Shown: one piece after another, positions 1-8,654 of the stretch
Numbering within the stretch: position 1 is the stretch's first letter
Layout: the number at the start of each line of letters is the position of its first letter
Assembly: GCA_042219045.1 (NCBI GenBank)
Contig: JBDGQO010000031.1
Location: 1-34,680 of the forward strand
Source: Candidatus Bipolaricaulia bacterium
Lineage (GTDB): Bacteria > Bipolaricaulota > Bipolaricaulia > RBG-16-55-9
Reading direction: 5' to 3'
Length of the DNA stretch: 34,680 nucleotides
Notes under the pieces: generated by a model
Seen by the model: the letters and a program-made list of their open reading frames with translations, nothing else
Database searches by the model: none
What the model was told of the DNA's origin: nothing
Made by a program: the position numbers and the translations under genes

Positions 1-313
1 GCGGCGTGCCGGGGATCTGTCGCAGCGCGGCCCGCAGCAGGCGTCGCCCGATCGCCGGATGGTTCACCTCGGGATCGACGTGGAGGGCCTCGATGCGGTT
101 GCCGTCGATCGCCACGAAGCCGAGGACCCGTTGCCCGTCCCAGGCGACCCAGAGCTCGGCACTCTGTAGGCGTTCGATTTCCGCAGGCGCATGAGAGAGC
201 GGCACGAACGCCGCGAGATCGGCATAACGGAGCAGCTCGTCGAGGCGTGCCCGATCGCGAACGCGGCAGATGTCGGACCAGTCTTGGCAACGGTAGGGCC
301 GGATCTCGAACAT
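1..313 (-). CDS. GNAT-family N-acetyltransferase (3' end runs off the window)
   Basis: Not in the ORF track; translated by hand from ATG at 313 with GAGGAGG upstream: MFEIRPYRCQDWSDICRVRDRARLDEL...LWVAWDGQRVLGFVAIDGNRIEALHVDPEVNHPAIGRRLLRAAL, a GNAT motif A pattern (LHVDP...GRRLL). The frame stays open to the window edge. Confidence 0.8.
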   Translation of the reverse strand, partial: MFEIRPYRCQDWSDICRVRDRARLDELLRYADLAAFVPLSHAPAEIERLQSAELWVAWDGQRVLGFVAIDGNRIEALHVDPEVNHPAIGRRLLRAALRQIPGTP

Positions 314-487
314 TCGGACCTCCTCGATATTCCGCGGCGTGACGCCTCACGCCCTAACGTAATCCACACTACACGGAGAAGGGGCGTTCCAATGTGGCCG
401 CACTTACACAGCCGTCGGTGGGTCGGTCATTATCGAGGGGATGGGTTCGGCACCGCAGTTCACGATGGACTGGCGGAGCGAGGCGCG

Positions 488-997
488 TCACGCGTCGGCG
501 TCGTCGCCGTCGCTGAACTCCTCCAGCGCTTCCAGGAAGGCCTGTTCGGCGTCGCCGCCCTCGACGACGGTCTGCAGATGAGGGTAGAAGCCCGAGATCA
601 GTTCCTGCCCGAACTCGACCGCGCGGCGCATGTGCGCGTGCAAGGTCTCGGTAGGCAACATGTCGCCGCCGTCGTCCAGTCCGTCCACCGTGGTGGTGAA
701 CTGGAGGCTGTCGCCCTCGACGTCGAGATAGAAGTTGCCACGGGCGACGCGCCCGTTGGCGGCGTTGACGAACGCCAGCGTGGCGAGGTAGTTATCCTCC
801 GGCACCTCCAAGGGCGCAAAGGACGTAAACACTACCCAATGGTCGGCTTCGACCTGCGCGAGCAGTCCAAGCTGCTCGCCGGAACCGTTGACCCCGAACT
901 CGTCGAACGTGACGAGCAGCGCCTGGTCGGATTCCTCGGCGTAGCTCCAGCCCTCTTCCTCTAGGTAGTCGATCAGTTCGCGGTAGAGCCGGTCCAT
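488..997 (-). CDS. YbjN-like (type III chaperone fold) protein, very acidic
   Basis: 169 aa; pattern VPEDNYLATLAFVNAANGRVARGNFYLD resembles the YbjN family. Confidence 0.7.
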   Translation of the reverse strand: MDRLYRELIDYLEEEGWSYAEESDQALLVTFDEFGVNGSGEQLGLLAQVEADHWVVFTSFAPLEVPEDNYLATLAFVNAANGRVARGNFYLDVEGDSLQFTTTVDGLDDGGDMLPTETLHAHMRRAVEFGQELISGFYPHLQTVVEGGDAEQAFLEALEEFSDGDDADA

Positions 998-1537
998 GAA
1001 TATCCAACATCGACGACGGGCGACGTTATAGGCGTCAGTCTACGCCATGACGTGTCCAAATGCATCCAACCCCGCCACGCTTTGGGCCCCGCTCCGAAGA
1101 TTGAGGTGGCATCTCAAGCGCAAGCGTCCGCTACCACCAAGCTTATCTGGAGCTGCTAGTAGGTCCCCATTGAGAAGTTGAGGCAGCCGCAACGTTAGCA
1201 GTCTCCCTGTTCCGACGAACGACCAGATTGCCGGCGATTAAAAAGCCCAACCTAAGGGAGTTTCGTTGAGGGGCGCCGTTAATATACGATAGCAGACCCA
1301 CCATATACACGCGTTTTAGGTTCTACAAACGAAAACCCACGTTCCAATTCAGCGGTCCTGTGTCGCATTTTGGCCGTGCGGTTCAGGGTAAGGGTCCGCC
1401 GACGCTCGCCACGGCTCTATTCAGCAAATCAGCTCGAAGGGAGGTCAGTATTGCTCTTAAGTTTGTGTATTAGAAGGTAGACTGTCCTTGATGTGGACCA
1501 TCCCCGCGGTGTAGGTTTCCGCCTCGACATCATTGAG

Positions 1538-2554
1538 GTGATACTCATTCACGTTCTCCTTATCGGCGGGACGACGTTTTTCGGCAAGGCGATCGCGGAG
1601 GACTTGCTGGCCCACGGCCACCAGGTGACGCTCTTCAGTCGGGGCAACAACCGCCCGCCCTTCTTCGATCGAGTTGAGCATATCACGGGAGATCGTAGCG
1701 ACGCCGACGACTTCAAGACGAAGCTCGCCCCTCAAACGTTTGACGCCGTCGTCGACAACATCGCGTTCACGGCCGACGACGTTCGCGCAGCTCTGGATGC
1801 CTTCACGGGCAACGTCGGTCGCTACGTCTTCACCAGCTCGGCGGCCGTCTATTACACCGGCGAAATGACGATGCCCGTGTCCGAGGACGACGTCAACTTC
1901 GCATTCCAGCCGCCCGAAGGCGAGGAAGATGCCCCGCTGTGGCGCTACACACTCGGCAAACTGGAAGCCGAACGTGTCTTGTTGGATCAAGACGACCTGG
2001 AGTACACGATCATCCGGCCGCCCATTGTTCTTGGCCCGGAGGATCCATCATTGCGCGGCTACTTCTACTTCCAACGCCTGCTGGACGAACGGCCGATCAT
2101 CCTGACCAACGGCGGTGTCCAGTCGTTCCGGCTGGCCTACTCCCGCGACCTCGCGCGCGGCTACCTGCGAGCGCTGGCGTCCGAGCGCGCTGAGCACGCC
2201 ATCTACAATCTCAACCAGAGCGAGATCATCCAACTTACCGATCTGATCGAGACTTCCGCCGACGCGCTCGGCGTTGAGCCCGACATCGTTCCGATCGCGC
2301 GACGGACCCTTGAGAACGCTGGTTTCGAGTATCCCGAAACCTACGCGCCCGTACAGAACTTCATCCCAAGCATCGAGAAGGCCCAAAGCGAGCTGAGCTA
2401 CACGACGACCCCGTTTCCCGAGTGGATTGCCCAGACGGCTCGATGGTATCGCGACCACTATCAGGGCGATGATTCCAAAGGATACGAGCGGCGTGACGCC
2501 GAGGTCCGCTTTGCCGAGGCGTACCGCCAATCCGTCGACCAACTAGCGGACTGA
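1538..2554 (+). CDS. NAD-dependent epimerase/dehydratase (atypical extended SDR)
   Basis: VLLIGGTTFFG Rossmann start, GHQVTLFSRG, YVFTSSAAVY, YxxxK (YTLGK), IIRPPIVLGP. Start uncertain: GTG 1493, GTG 1538 or ATT 1547. Confidence 0.85.
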   Translation: MILIHVLLIGGTTFFGKAIAEDLLAHGHQVTLFSRGNNRPPFFDRVEHITGDRSDADDFKTKLAPQTFDAVVDNIAFTADDVRAALDAFTGNVGRYVFTSSAAVYYTGEMTMPVSEDDVNFAFQPPEGEEDAPLWRYTLGKLEAERVLLDQDDLEYTIIRPPIVLGPEDPSLRGYFYFQRLLDERPIILTNGGVQSFRLAYSRDLARGYLRALASERAEHAIYNLNQSEIIQLTDLIETSADALGVEPDIVPIARRTLENAGFEYPETYAPVQNFIPSIEKAQSELSYTTTPFPEWIAQTARWYRDHYQGDDSKGYERRDAEVRFAEAYRQSVDQLAD

Positions 2555-2633
2555 TTGAAGCCAGGATCGTCCCATTTGACCCGTTCGTCAGCGCCGTTGC
2601 CCGTTAGAATGGGACAGCTCGCGTAAGGGGGCG

Positions 2634-3764
2634 TTGCGCGTGTCGCTGGCCGACGTCGAACGGATGCTCGGCGAGATTTGGACCTTGGCCTACGTGCGGG
2701 CGATCGCGTTCGTGCTCGGGTCCGTGATCGTCGCCAAGCTCGCCGACTGGATCATCACCCGAGGGGTCATTCGGCTCGCCCGGAGCGCGCGCACGCCCCT
2801 CGACGAGCGCGTCGTGGAGTTGCTCCATCGCCCGATTTTCATCAGCCTCGTGCTCGTCGGGCTCAACCTGGCAACCTACGAGCTGGCGCTCGACGAGCCG
2901 TTCCGCTTCATCACCAAGGGCATCACTCAGACGCTCGTGGTCATCGTCTGGACGGTCGCCGCGATCCGCTTGATCGGCTTGGTCTTCCGTCGAATGAACG
3001 AATCCGAGCGCGTCGACTGGGTCAACGACCGGACGCTGCCGCTCGTGAGCAACGGCTTCAAGGTCATCATCCTCGGGTTGGCCGTCTACTTCCTCTTCCT
3101 CGCCTGGCACATCAACCCGACGGCCTGGCTGGCATCAGCGGGAATTATCGGCATTGCCCTCGGACTGGCGGCGCAAGAATCCTTGGGGAATATCTTCAGC
3201 GGATTCTCCATTATGATGGACGCCCCCTACAAAGTGGGTGACTTTGTTGTCCTGGCGGGGGGCGAACGTGGCCAAGTTACGCAGATTGGGCTGCGCAGCA
3301 CGCGCATCCTCACCCGGGAGGGCGTGGAGATCACGCTTCCGAATGCCCAGATTGCCAACGCCCAGATCACCAACGAGTCCGGCGGCCCGGCGCCGAAGCA
3401 GCGCATCTACGCCGAGATCGGCGTCGCCTACGGCTCCGACATCGATTACGTCAGCGACGTCCTGCTGGCCGCCGCGTACTCCGTGGAATGGATCACCCAC
3501 GATCCCGAACCTCGGGTGCGCTTCATGCAGTTTGGGGATTCCTCGCTCGTTTTCCACGTCATGGTCTGGATCGACGACCCGCTCTATCGGCTGCGCTGCA
3601 TCGATCAACTGAATCGGGCCATCTACAAGGGTCTTGCCGAGGCCGGCATCACGATTCCGTTCCCGCAGCGCGATCTGTGGCTCAAGCAATGGCCGGCGAC
3701 CGGATCTGCCGCGCCGCCGGCCTCAGACCCGACAGCGGATGGCGACATCGGCGGTTCGGATTAA
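2634..3764 (+). CDS. MscS-family mechanosensitive channel
   Basis: N-terminal TM helices; GIIGIALGLAAQESLGNIFSG, PYKVGDFV, GQVTQIGLRSTRI, IGVAYGSD, GITIPFPQR motifs. Confidence 0.93.
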   Translation: MRVSLADVERMLGEIWTLAYVRAIAFVLGSVIVAKLADWIITRGVIRLARSARTPLDERVVELLHRPIFISLVLVGLNLATYELALDEPFRFITKGITQTLVVIVWTVAAIRLIGLVFRRMNESERVDWVNDRTLPLVSNGFKVIILGLAVYFLFLAWHINPTAWLASAGIIGIALGLAAQESLGNIFSGFSIMMDAPYKVGDFVVLAGGERGQVTQIGLRSTRILTREGVEITLPNAQIANAQITNESGGPAPKQRIYAEIGVAYGSDIDYVSDVLLAAAYSVEWITHDPEPRVRFMQFGDSSLVFHVMVWIDDPLYRLRCIDQLNRAIYKGLAEAGITIPFPQRDLWLKQWPATGSAAPPASDPTADGDIGGSD

Positions 3765-4996
3765 GCCGAGGACTCCTGCCTGCGCCGCCGCACCCCGCCA
3801 ATGGCGCTCAGCCGGTCGCGGAACGTGTAGATGACCCCTGCGACAAGCGCCAGCGTGAGCGCCGACTGGGCCACCAATGGCTCCCAGTAGGGATAGATCT
3901 GCAACAGGCCCTGTAGCCATGAGCCTTCGGGAAAGCCGATAACGGTCGTGATCCCCACCAGACCTGCCTCTTGGAGCTCTAAGATGCCCTTGCCGGCAAA
4001 GCGGAACGCCATGACATAGAGGAAGGCGCTTGTGCCGATGAAGAAGGGGCGCAATGGGATTTTGATGCCAAACTTTCGCATCAGCGCCCAAGCCACAACC
4101 AACAGTGCCGTCCCCAAGACAAAGCCGAGCACGATCGCCCCCACTGCGCCCGTCACCGAGGCCGACAGGGCTTGGTAGAAAAGCACGGTCTCCGCGCCCT
4201 CGCGGAAGACAGCCAGAAACGCGACCGAGATCAGAGCCCAAGATCGGCCCGACTTGCTGGCGGAGCGGATCCAGCTCTGGATGTGGGCGTTCCAATTGCG
4301 GATATGGGCCATGGCGATCAGCCAATGCGAGACGGCGAAGAGCACGGGCACGGCCAAGAGCATGCTGGCGCCCTCGATGAGCGCTTGGCTGGCGGGCAGG
4401 TGCTGCAACAGCGTCACGAGCACTGCCGCAATGCCGAGGCTGGCCAGGATGCCGAGCCCCGCACCGGCGTAGACTGCCCGGACGTGCTCGGACTGCGCGG
4501 TGCGGCGCAGCACGAGCAGCACGGCGCCCAAGATCAAAATCGCCTCCAGTCCTTCGCGGACGATGATGACCAGGGACTGGAGGAACGCGCCCACTTGGCT
4601 GAGCGGGTTGTTCAGCTTCTGGAGTCCCTCCTCGAGCAGCGATTCGATGCGGTCGGCCCGACTTCGGACGTCGCTGACGTCCGCGCCACTGGACATGGCG
4701 CCTTCGAGGGTCAGAATCGCCCGCTCCAGTTGGAGATAGAAGCCGTGGTCGCGCGTGGACAGCTTCCGGTCGTACGTGGACGCCTCGAAGGTCATGAAGA
4801 GCTGTTTCATCGATTGGACGGCGGCGTCGGTCTTGCCTGCTGCGTATTGAGCCACGGCGTCGTCGAGTTGCTGGGTCAAGCGATCGACCTCCGCGGCGGG
4901 GCCAGAATTGTCGCTTGATTGGGCCAGACCGGACATGGACAGTGCAAGGACCGCGAACGCGAGGATGAACGGTAGATAAGCGAGTCGGCGTGTCAT
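3761..4996 (-). CDS. FTR1/EfeU-family iron permease with signal peptide and N-terminal extracellular helical domain
   Basis: Two REGxE motifs (IIVREGLE, AVFREGAE), GILELQEAG, multiple TM helices. ATG at 4996 overlaps the upstream TAA (TAATG). Confidence 0.92.
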   Translation of the reverse strand: MTRRLAYLPFILAFAVLALSMSGLAQSSDNSGPAAEVDRLTQQLDDAVAQYAAGKTDAAVQSMKQLFMTFEASTYDRKLSTRDHGFYLQLERAILTLEGAMSSGADVSDVRSRADRIESLLEEGLQKLNNPLSQVGAFLQSLVIIVREGLEAILILGAVLLVLRRTAQSEHVRAVYAGAGLGILASLGIAAVLVTLLQHLPASQALIEGASMLLAVPVLFAVSHWLIAMAHIRNWNAHIQSWIRSASKSGRSWALISVAFLAVFREGAETVLFYQALSASVTGAVGAIVLGFVLGTALLVVAWALMRKFGIKIPLRPFFIGTSAFLYVMAFRFAGKGILELQEAGLVGITTVIGFPEGSWLQGLLQIYPYWEPLVAQSALTLALVAGVIYTFRDRLSAIGGVRRRRQESSA

Positions 4997-5853
4997 TAAG
5001 CGAGATCCCTCCTGCCGAATCTCCAAGCAGCCAGCGCCACGCAGCCGAGGAGCCACATGACGAGCACCAACACGTAAAACTCCGGTCGCGCCACCAGGGG
5101 CGTGGTCCCGTCATCGGTGAGCCGCTGCATCCAAGGGGCGGATTGGCCGAGCAGCCGGTTCGACCACTCCAGCCAGGCGACGAACGGGCTGAGCAGTTTC
5201 AGGGTCAACGTCGTGACATCGGGCTCCTGGCCGACGCTGAACAGCGCATTCCAGGCGATGCCGAATCCCGCATAGACGGCGATGCCCAGCGAGAGCGCCG
5301 CGCCCGTGCGGCGCGTCAACGCCGACACGAGCAGGCCGATCCCCAGGAAGCTCGTGGCCAAGGCCAACAGCGAGATCGGGTAAAGGACGGCCCCGTCGAG
5401 GCTGCCCAAGATGGCCGCCGGGTTCGTGGCCTCGCCGACGTTCGCACGCATCCCGCCCACGATCGCCCCGATCCAGGCCATCGCGCCGACGGTGATGATC
5501 GCCCAAACGGCGGCCAAATACCCCGTCCGGCCCAGAAACTTCCCAACGACGACGCTGGCGCGCGGGATCGGCTTGCTCGCGAGGAAGCTGGCCGTGCCGA
5601 GCTCCAGTTCGCTCGCGATCGCCCCGTAGCCGAGCAGGATGCCGGCGAACGGAACGAGGAACAGATCGAGCGCGTTCATGGCGCTCAGCGCCCGCTCCAC
5701 GGTCGCAAACTGGGCCAGCACGCTGAAGCTCTGGGCCTGGCTGACCGCCAGCGCATACGTCAGGCCGAAGATGGCCCAGACGCCGAGGCCCTGCAGGCTC
5801 AGCAACAGCGCGCGGAACTCCCGGCCGGCAATCGCGCCGATCGCGTTAAGCAT
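4996..5853 (-). CDS. ABC-2 type (NosY-like) permease
   Basis: GYGAIASELELGTASFLASKPIPRASVVVGKFLG motif, about 6 TM helices, C-terminal FGRRDL. Confidence 0.85.
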   Translation of the reverse strand: MLNAIGAIAGREFRALLLSLQGLGVWAIFGLTYALAVSQAQSFSVLAQFATVERALSAMNALDLFLVPFAGILLGYGAIASELELGTASFLASKPIPRASVVVGKFLGRTGYLAAVWAIITVGAMAWIGAIVGGMRANVGEATNPAAILGSLDGAVLYPISLLALATSFLGIGLLVSALTRRTGAALSLGIAVYAGFGIAWNALFSVGQEPDVTTLTLKLLSPFVAWLEWSNRLLGQSAPWMQRLTDDGTTPLVARPEFYVLVLVMWLLGCVALAAWRFGRRDLA

Positions 5854-6811
5854 CTGGGGCGTCCTCTTCGTCGCTCAACTCGCGCTGATCGTCCGCTTGA
5901 CGACCGGCCTCGCTCGTCAGCGCATTGAAAAGGTCATCCAGTGTCGGGCGCTTGAGATAGAAGTCCGTCAGCTCGCCGCCCGCCTCGACCAGCTGCCGGG
6001 CCAACGCGGATCGGGCGTCCGGCGTCCGGAGCGTCACGTTGAGCCCGCTGCCGTTGCCGGCGACGTCATCGACGCCCTCGAAATTGCGGATCCGCTCGGT
6101 CCAATGCGCCATGTCGCCGTCGATTTCCACGTGGACGCGGTCGAGATAGGGCGCAAGCAGATTATCCAGGTCATCGAGCGCCATCAGTTCGCCGTCCCGC
6201 AGCACGGCGACGCGATCGGCCAGCGTCTCCACCGAGTCCAGGTCGTGGGAGGACAGCATGACGGTCCGGTCTTGGTTGACGATCGACGCCAGCATCCGTT
6301 GCCACTCGCGGCGGCCCTGCGGATCGAGGCCGCTGAACGGCTCGTCCAGAATCAACAGCTCGGGATCGTGCACGAGGGCACAGGCCAGCCCGAGCCGCTG
6401 GCGCATGCCCTTGGACAGCGCCCGCACGCGGATCGTCTCCACGTCGCGGAGCCCGACTTGGTCCAGTTGGCGTCCAATCTCGTCCTCGCTCGGCTCGAAC
6501 CCATAAAACCGGGCGCTGTAAGCGATCATCTGGGCACAGGTCATCTCGGGATAGAGCGCGGAGCGCTCGGGCAGGTAGCCGACGCGCTGGCGCGCACCGG
6601 GGCGTCGCCACGGATTGTGCCCGTCCAGTCGAATTTGGCCCCTTGTCGGCTTCGCCAAGCCGAGCAACAGCCGCAGCGCCGTCGTCTTGCCGGCGCCGTT
6701 CGGTCCCACCAGGCCGAAGCATTCGCCGCCTTGGACCTCAAACGTCAGCTCGCGCACGGCCGATCGTCTGCCGTAACGCTTCGAGACGCTGTCAAAGCTG
6801 ACCCGGCTCAT
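5846..6811 (-). CDS. ABC transporter ATP-binding protein (NosF/DrrA-like)
   Basis: Walker A GPNGAGKT, signature LSKGMRQR, Walker B LLILDEP, SSH switch, C-terminal PTLDDLF. Confidence 0.95.
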   Translation of the reverse strand: MSRVSFDSVSKRYGRRSAVRELTFEVQGGECFGLVGPNGAGKTTALRLLLGLAKPTRGQIRLDGHNPWRRPGARQRVGYLPERSALYPEMTCAQMIAYSARFYGFEPSEDEIGRQLDQVGLRDVETIRVRALSKGMRQRLGLACALVHDPELLILDEPFSGLDPQGRREWQRMLASIVNQDRTVMLSSHDLDSVETLADRVAVLRDGELMALDDLDNLLAPYLDRVHVEIDGDMAHWTERIRNFEGVDDVAGNGSGLNVTLRTPDARSALARQLVEAGGELTDFYLKRPTLDDLFNALTSEAGRQADDQRELSDEEDAPDA

Positions 6812-7605
6812 CGGATCCTCACCGTCGCATCCCGGTCGAGTGCCGGCAGGCGATTGCCCTCCAGGTCGACGATTTCGCGAATCTCGGTCGTCAACGTGGC
6901 GTCCGTGTCGGCATCTCCCCTCGCAGTGAGTTGGAACGTCCCCAGCGCCAGGACGTCGGGCGGAGCGCGCCGCGAGGCGATTTCGACCGCCACGCCGTTG
7001 AAGCTGACGCTGCCCCTGTCTTGATCGACGCGCGTGGCGCCGCGGCCGGTCTCCAGCGAGGCGTCGTCGACGCGAATCTGCTCGGGGTCAAAGCGGACGT
7101 TGATCTCGTATCCGGCCAACCCCGACGGCACGTCGCGAATGAACAGCGCCAGCGACGCGGACGCGCCCGCGTCGAGCTGGGCGGATTCGACCTCGACGGT
7201 CGTTCCCACGTCCTCGTAGGCGTCGAGGGCGTCCATTACCGCGTCCATCGTCGACGCCGCCGACCGGGCCAACGCCGTGAGGTCGTCCGCATCGCGCTCC
7301 TCGGCGGCCGTGGAGAGGCCATCGAGGAACGACTGCAGCAGCTCGGCCTCCTGGGGCGCCAGGTCGCCGATGTCATCGCGGGCAGCGTCGAACGTCGCCT
7401 GGGCCTTCTCCACGGCGTCGACGGCCATGTCGAGATCCCCCGCCGTCGCGTGCTCGGCGATCTCGCCCAACGACTCGCGGAGCGTCTGGAATCGCTCCCG
7501 GACCTCGTTGATGAAGTCGCCGGCGTGATTGGCCCCGGCCGCGCTGGGCAGCGCGACCAGGGCCAGCATGAGCGTCATGGCAACGACGAGCGATCGACGG
7601 GTCAT
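6808..7605 (-). CDS. Secreted protein: acidic helical module plus C-terminal cohesin-like domain
   Basis: Signal peptide (MTRRSLVV...AAGA); C-terminal beta-rich domain with GLAGYEINVRFDPEQIRVDD...GSVSFNG...LGTFQLTA, the cohesin pattern (about 6811-7203). Confidence 0.75.
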   Translation of the reverse strand: MTRRSLVVAMTLMLALVALPSAAGANHAGDFINEVRERFQTLRESLGEIAEHATAGDLDMAVDAVEKAQATFDAARDDIGDLAPQEAELLQSFLDGLSTAAEERDADDLTALARSAASTMDAVMDALDAYEDVGTTVEVESAQLDAGASASLALFIRDVPSGLAGYEINVRFDPEQIRVDDASLETGRGATRVDQDRGSVSFNGVAVEIASRRAPPDVLALGTFQLTARGDADTDATLTTEIREIVDLEGNRLPALDRDATVRIR

Positions 7606-8654
7606 GATGACGGACAGGCCTCCGGCAGCTCTCGCAGATCGAGCGATGCCTGCGCGACGAACAGCGCGTCGGTGATCGACAGCTGCCCATCGCAGTTGGC
7701 GTCCGCGGTCGCCTCGTCAACGTTGCGGAGCCCGAGCGAGCCCTGGGCGATGAACAGCGCGTCGGTGATCGAAAGGCTGCCGTCGCCGTTGACGTCGCCG
7801 AGCCGGGACTTGGGCAGCGTGGCGATGAGCAGCTCTTGGATCTTGCGCAGCCCGTCGACGATTGTGTCGCGCTGCGCGCGGACCTGCTCCAAGGGGGCCT
7901 CCTGGCGGATGAGCTGCTCCAGTCCCGGATCCTCGGACGCACCGGGGCCGAACGCGGAGATGTCGCCCTCGACCTCGTTCTCCAGCTGCTCGTCGATCAG
8001 CGTCGAGTCCGGGCCCAATCCGTTGGACTCGAACTCGAAGAACGCGTCGTTGGCCAGGCCGGCGGCCCGCTCAACGTTGCCCTGCTCGTACTGGGCCACG
8101 GCCTGATCGACGAGCCCGATCACGGCTTGGGTCGCCTCGCGAATAGCCTTCTCCGTTTTGAGCTGGCGCTCGTCGCCGGGGAAGACCTCGCTCTGGGCGA
8201 CGATGACCGCCCGGTTCAGATCCGGGATCAGCTTGCCGATGAGTTCCGTGACCGCGTCCACCGGCCGCTGCTGCAGGATCGCCGTGACGAGCTGGGAGAC
8301 GCGGGCCTTGAGCGAATCAGCCACGACCGGGCTGCGGTTCTGAATGGCCTCGAAGAGCTCTGTGTTCTCCTGTTGGCCGAACGCCGCGCGGGCCTCCTCA
8401 GCCAGGCGCAGCGCCTCGTCGAACGCGGCCTGATCGGTGATCTCGCCGCCCTTGGTGGCCACGGCGTCCGGATACAGCTCGCCGATGCGCTGGACCTTCT
8501 CCTTGACGGCCTTCAATTGCTTGACGATCTCGTCGGAACTCAGATCGGCGCCGTCCTCGCCGTTGTCCTGGGCGCTGCCCACGGGTGCGCCAACCAACAG
8601 CCCGATCAACAGCACGCCGACGAGCGTCCGCATCGAGACGATTCGCCGCGTCAT
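7602..8654 (-). CDS. Secreted protein: two helical modules plus C-terminal dockerin
   Basis: Signal peptide; duplicated Ca-binding F-hand GDVNGDGSLSITDALFIAQ / ADANCDGQLSITDALFVAQ; second helical module aligns by eye with the FTR1 N-terminal domain (AVAQY..G, F..FE). Confidence 0.85.
   Translation of the reverse strand: MTRRIVSMRTLVGVLLIGLLVGAPVGSAQDNGEDGADLSSDEIVKQLKAVKEKVQRIGELYPDAVATKGGEITDQAAFDEALRLAEEARAAFGQQENTELFEAIQNRSPVVADSLKARVSQLVTAILQQRPVDAVTELIGKLIPDLNRAVIVAQSEVFPGDERQLKTEKAIREATQAVIGLVDQAVAQYEQGNVERAAGLANDAFFEFESNGLGPDSTLIDEQLENEVEGDISAFGPGASEDPGLEQLIRQEAPLEQVRAQRDTIVDGLRKIQELLIATLPKSRLGDVNGDGSLSITDALFIAQGSLGLRNVDEATADANCDGQLSITDALFVAQASLDLRELPEACPSS
7659..7772. repeat. 21-nt direct repeat encoding the two dockerin SITDALF segments
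   Basis: gaacagcgcgtcggtgatcga at 7659-7679 and 7752-7772. Confidence 0.9.

Noticed and set aside
4996..6811. Nitrous oxide reductase (nos) cluster
   Set aside because: No nosZ, nosD or nosL in the window; similarity is only at ABC family level.
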